This document shows, in pieces, positions 16,106-16,245 of a DNA stretch of 16,245 nucleotides (positions are counted from its first letter, which is position 1; each line of letters opens with the position of its first letter). Source of the DNA: Candidatus Methanomethylophilaceae archaeon (GTDB lineage Archaea > Thermoplasmatota > Thermoplasmata > Methanomassiliicoccales > Methanomethylophilaceae); assembly GCA_050944155.1 (NCBI GenBank), contig JBMNQN010000018.1:1-16245 (forward strand), given 5' to 3'. Under the pieces are notes generated by a model. It ran no database searches. It was not told where the DNA came from and saw nothing but the letters and a program-made list of their open reading frames with translations. A program made the translations under genes and the position numbers.

Positions 16106-16245
16106 ATGACCGAATACAAATTTTCCAACGTCGGAGCACTCGGACTGTGTGCTTTCGGCATGACCACCCTTCTTACCATGTACATGGATTTCACGGAGAG
16201 GCCCACCGACAGCCTGGTATGGGGGATGATGATATTCTACGGAGG
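16106..16245 (+). CDS. 5' part of a SatP/YaaH/GPR1-FUN34 acetate uptake transporter; 3'-truncated by the window edge
   Basis: MTEYKFSNVGALGLCAFGMTTLLTMYMDFTERPTDSLVWGMMIFYGG matches the family pattern N.A.LGL..FGMTT.L ... IFYGG. Confidence 0.85.
   Translation, partial: MTEYKFSNVGALGLCAFGMTTLLTMYMDFTERPTDSLVWGMMIFYG

Noticed and set aside
1-16245. tRNA, rRNA, transposase or integrase genes
   Set aside because: None recognised by eye.

Overview
Archaeal chromosomal segment, most likely a Thermoplasmata/Methanomassiliicoccales-type methanogen. This is inferred from the type II dehydroquinate synthase, BRE/TATA promoters about 25 nt before start codons, and 0 of 14 stop codons being TAG. In order, the window holds: the 3' end of a probable SatP/GPR1-FUN34 membrane gene; an ATGA-coupled shikimate operon (DHQ synthase II, AroD-AroE fusion, EPSP synthase); an unannotated 36-aa single-TM microprotein; an ~880-bp very AT-rich, repeat-dense non-coding region; two convergent AAA_14/DUF4143-type ATPase-nuclease genes, each with its own three-copy direct-repeat array at the promoter; a cytoplasmic trypsin-like protease; a QueG-like Fe-S protein; a Schlafen/AlbA_2-HATPase-wHTH protein; a SAM methyltransferase; an unannotated 2x[4Fe-4S] ferredoxin; an MMPL/RND transporter; an isocitrate-dehydrogenase-like enzyme; and the 5' end of a SatP-family gene. 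The best candidate for an undescribed system is 3958-7571: the tail-to-tail ATPase-nuclease pair with cognate repeat arrays and a perfect 15-bp inverted repeat, next to a protease and a Schlafen-domain gene. All family calls come from reading motifs by eye; no database searches were run.
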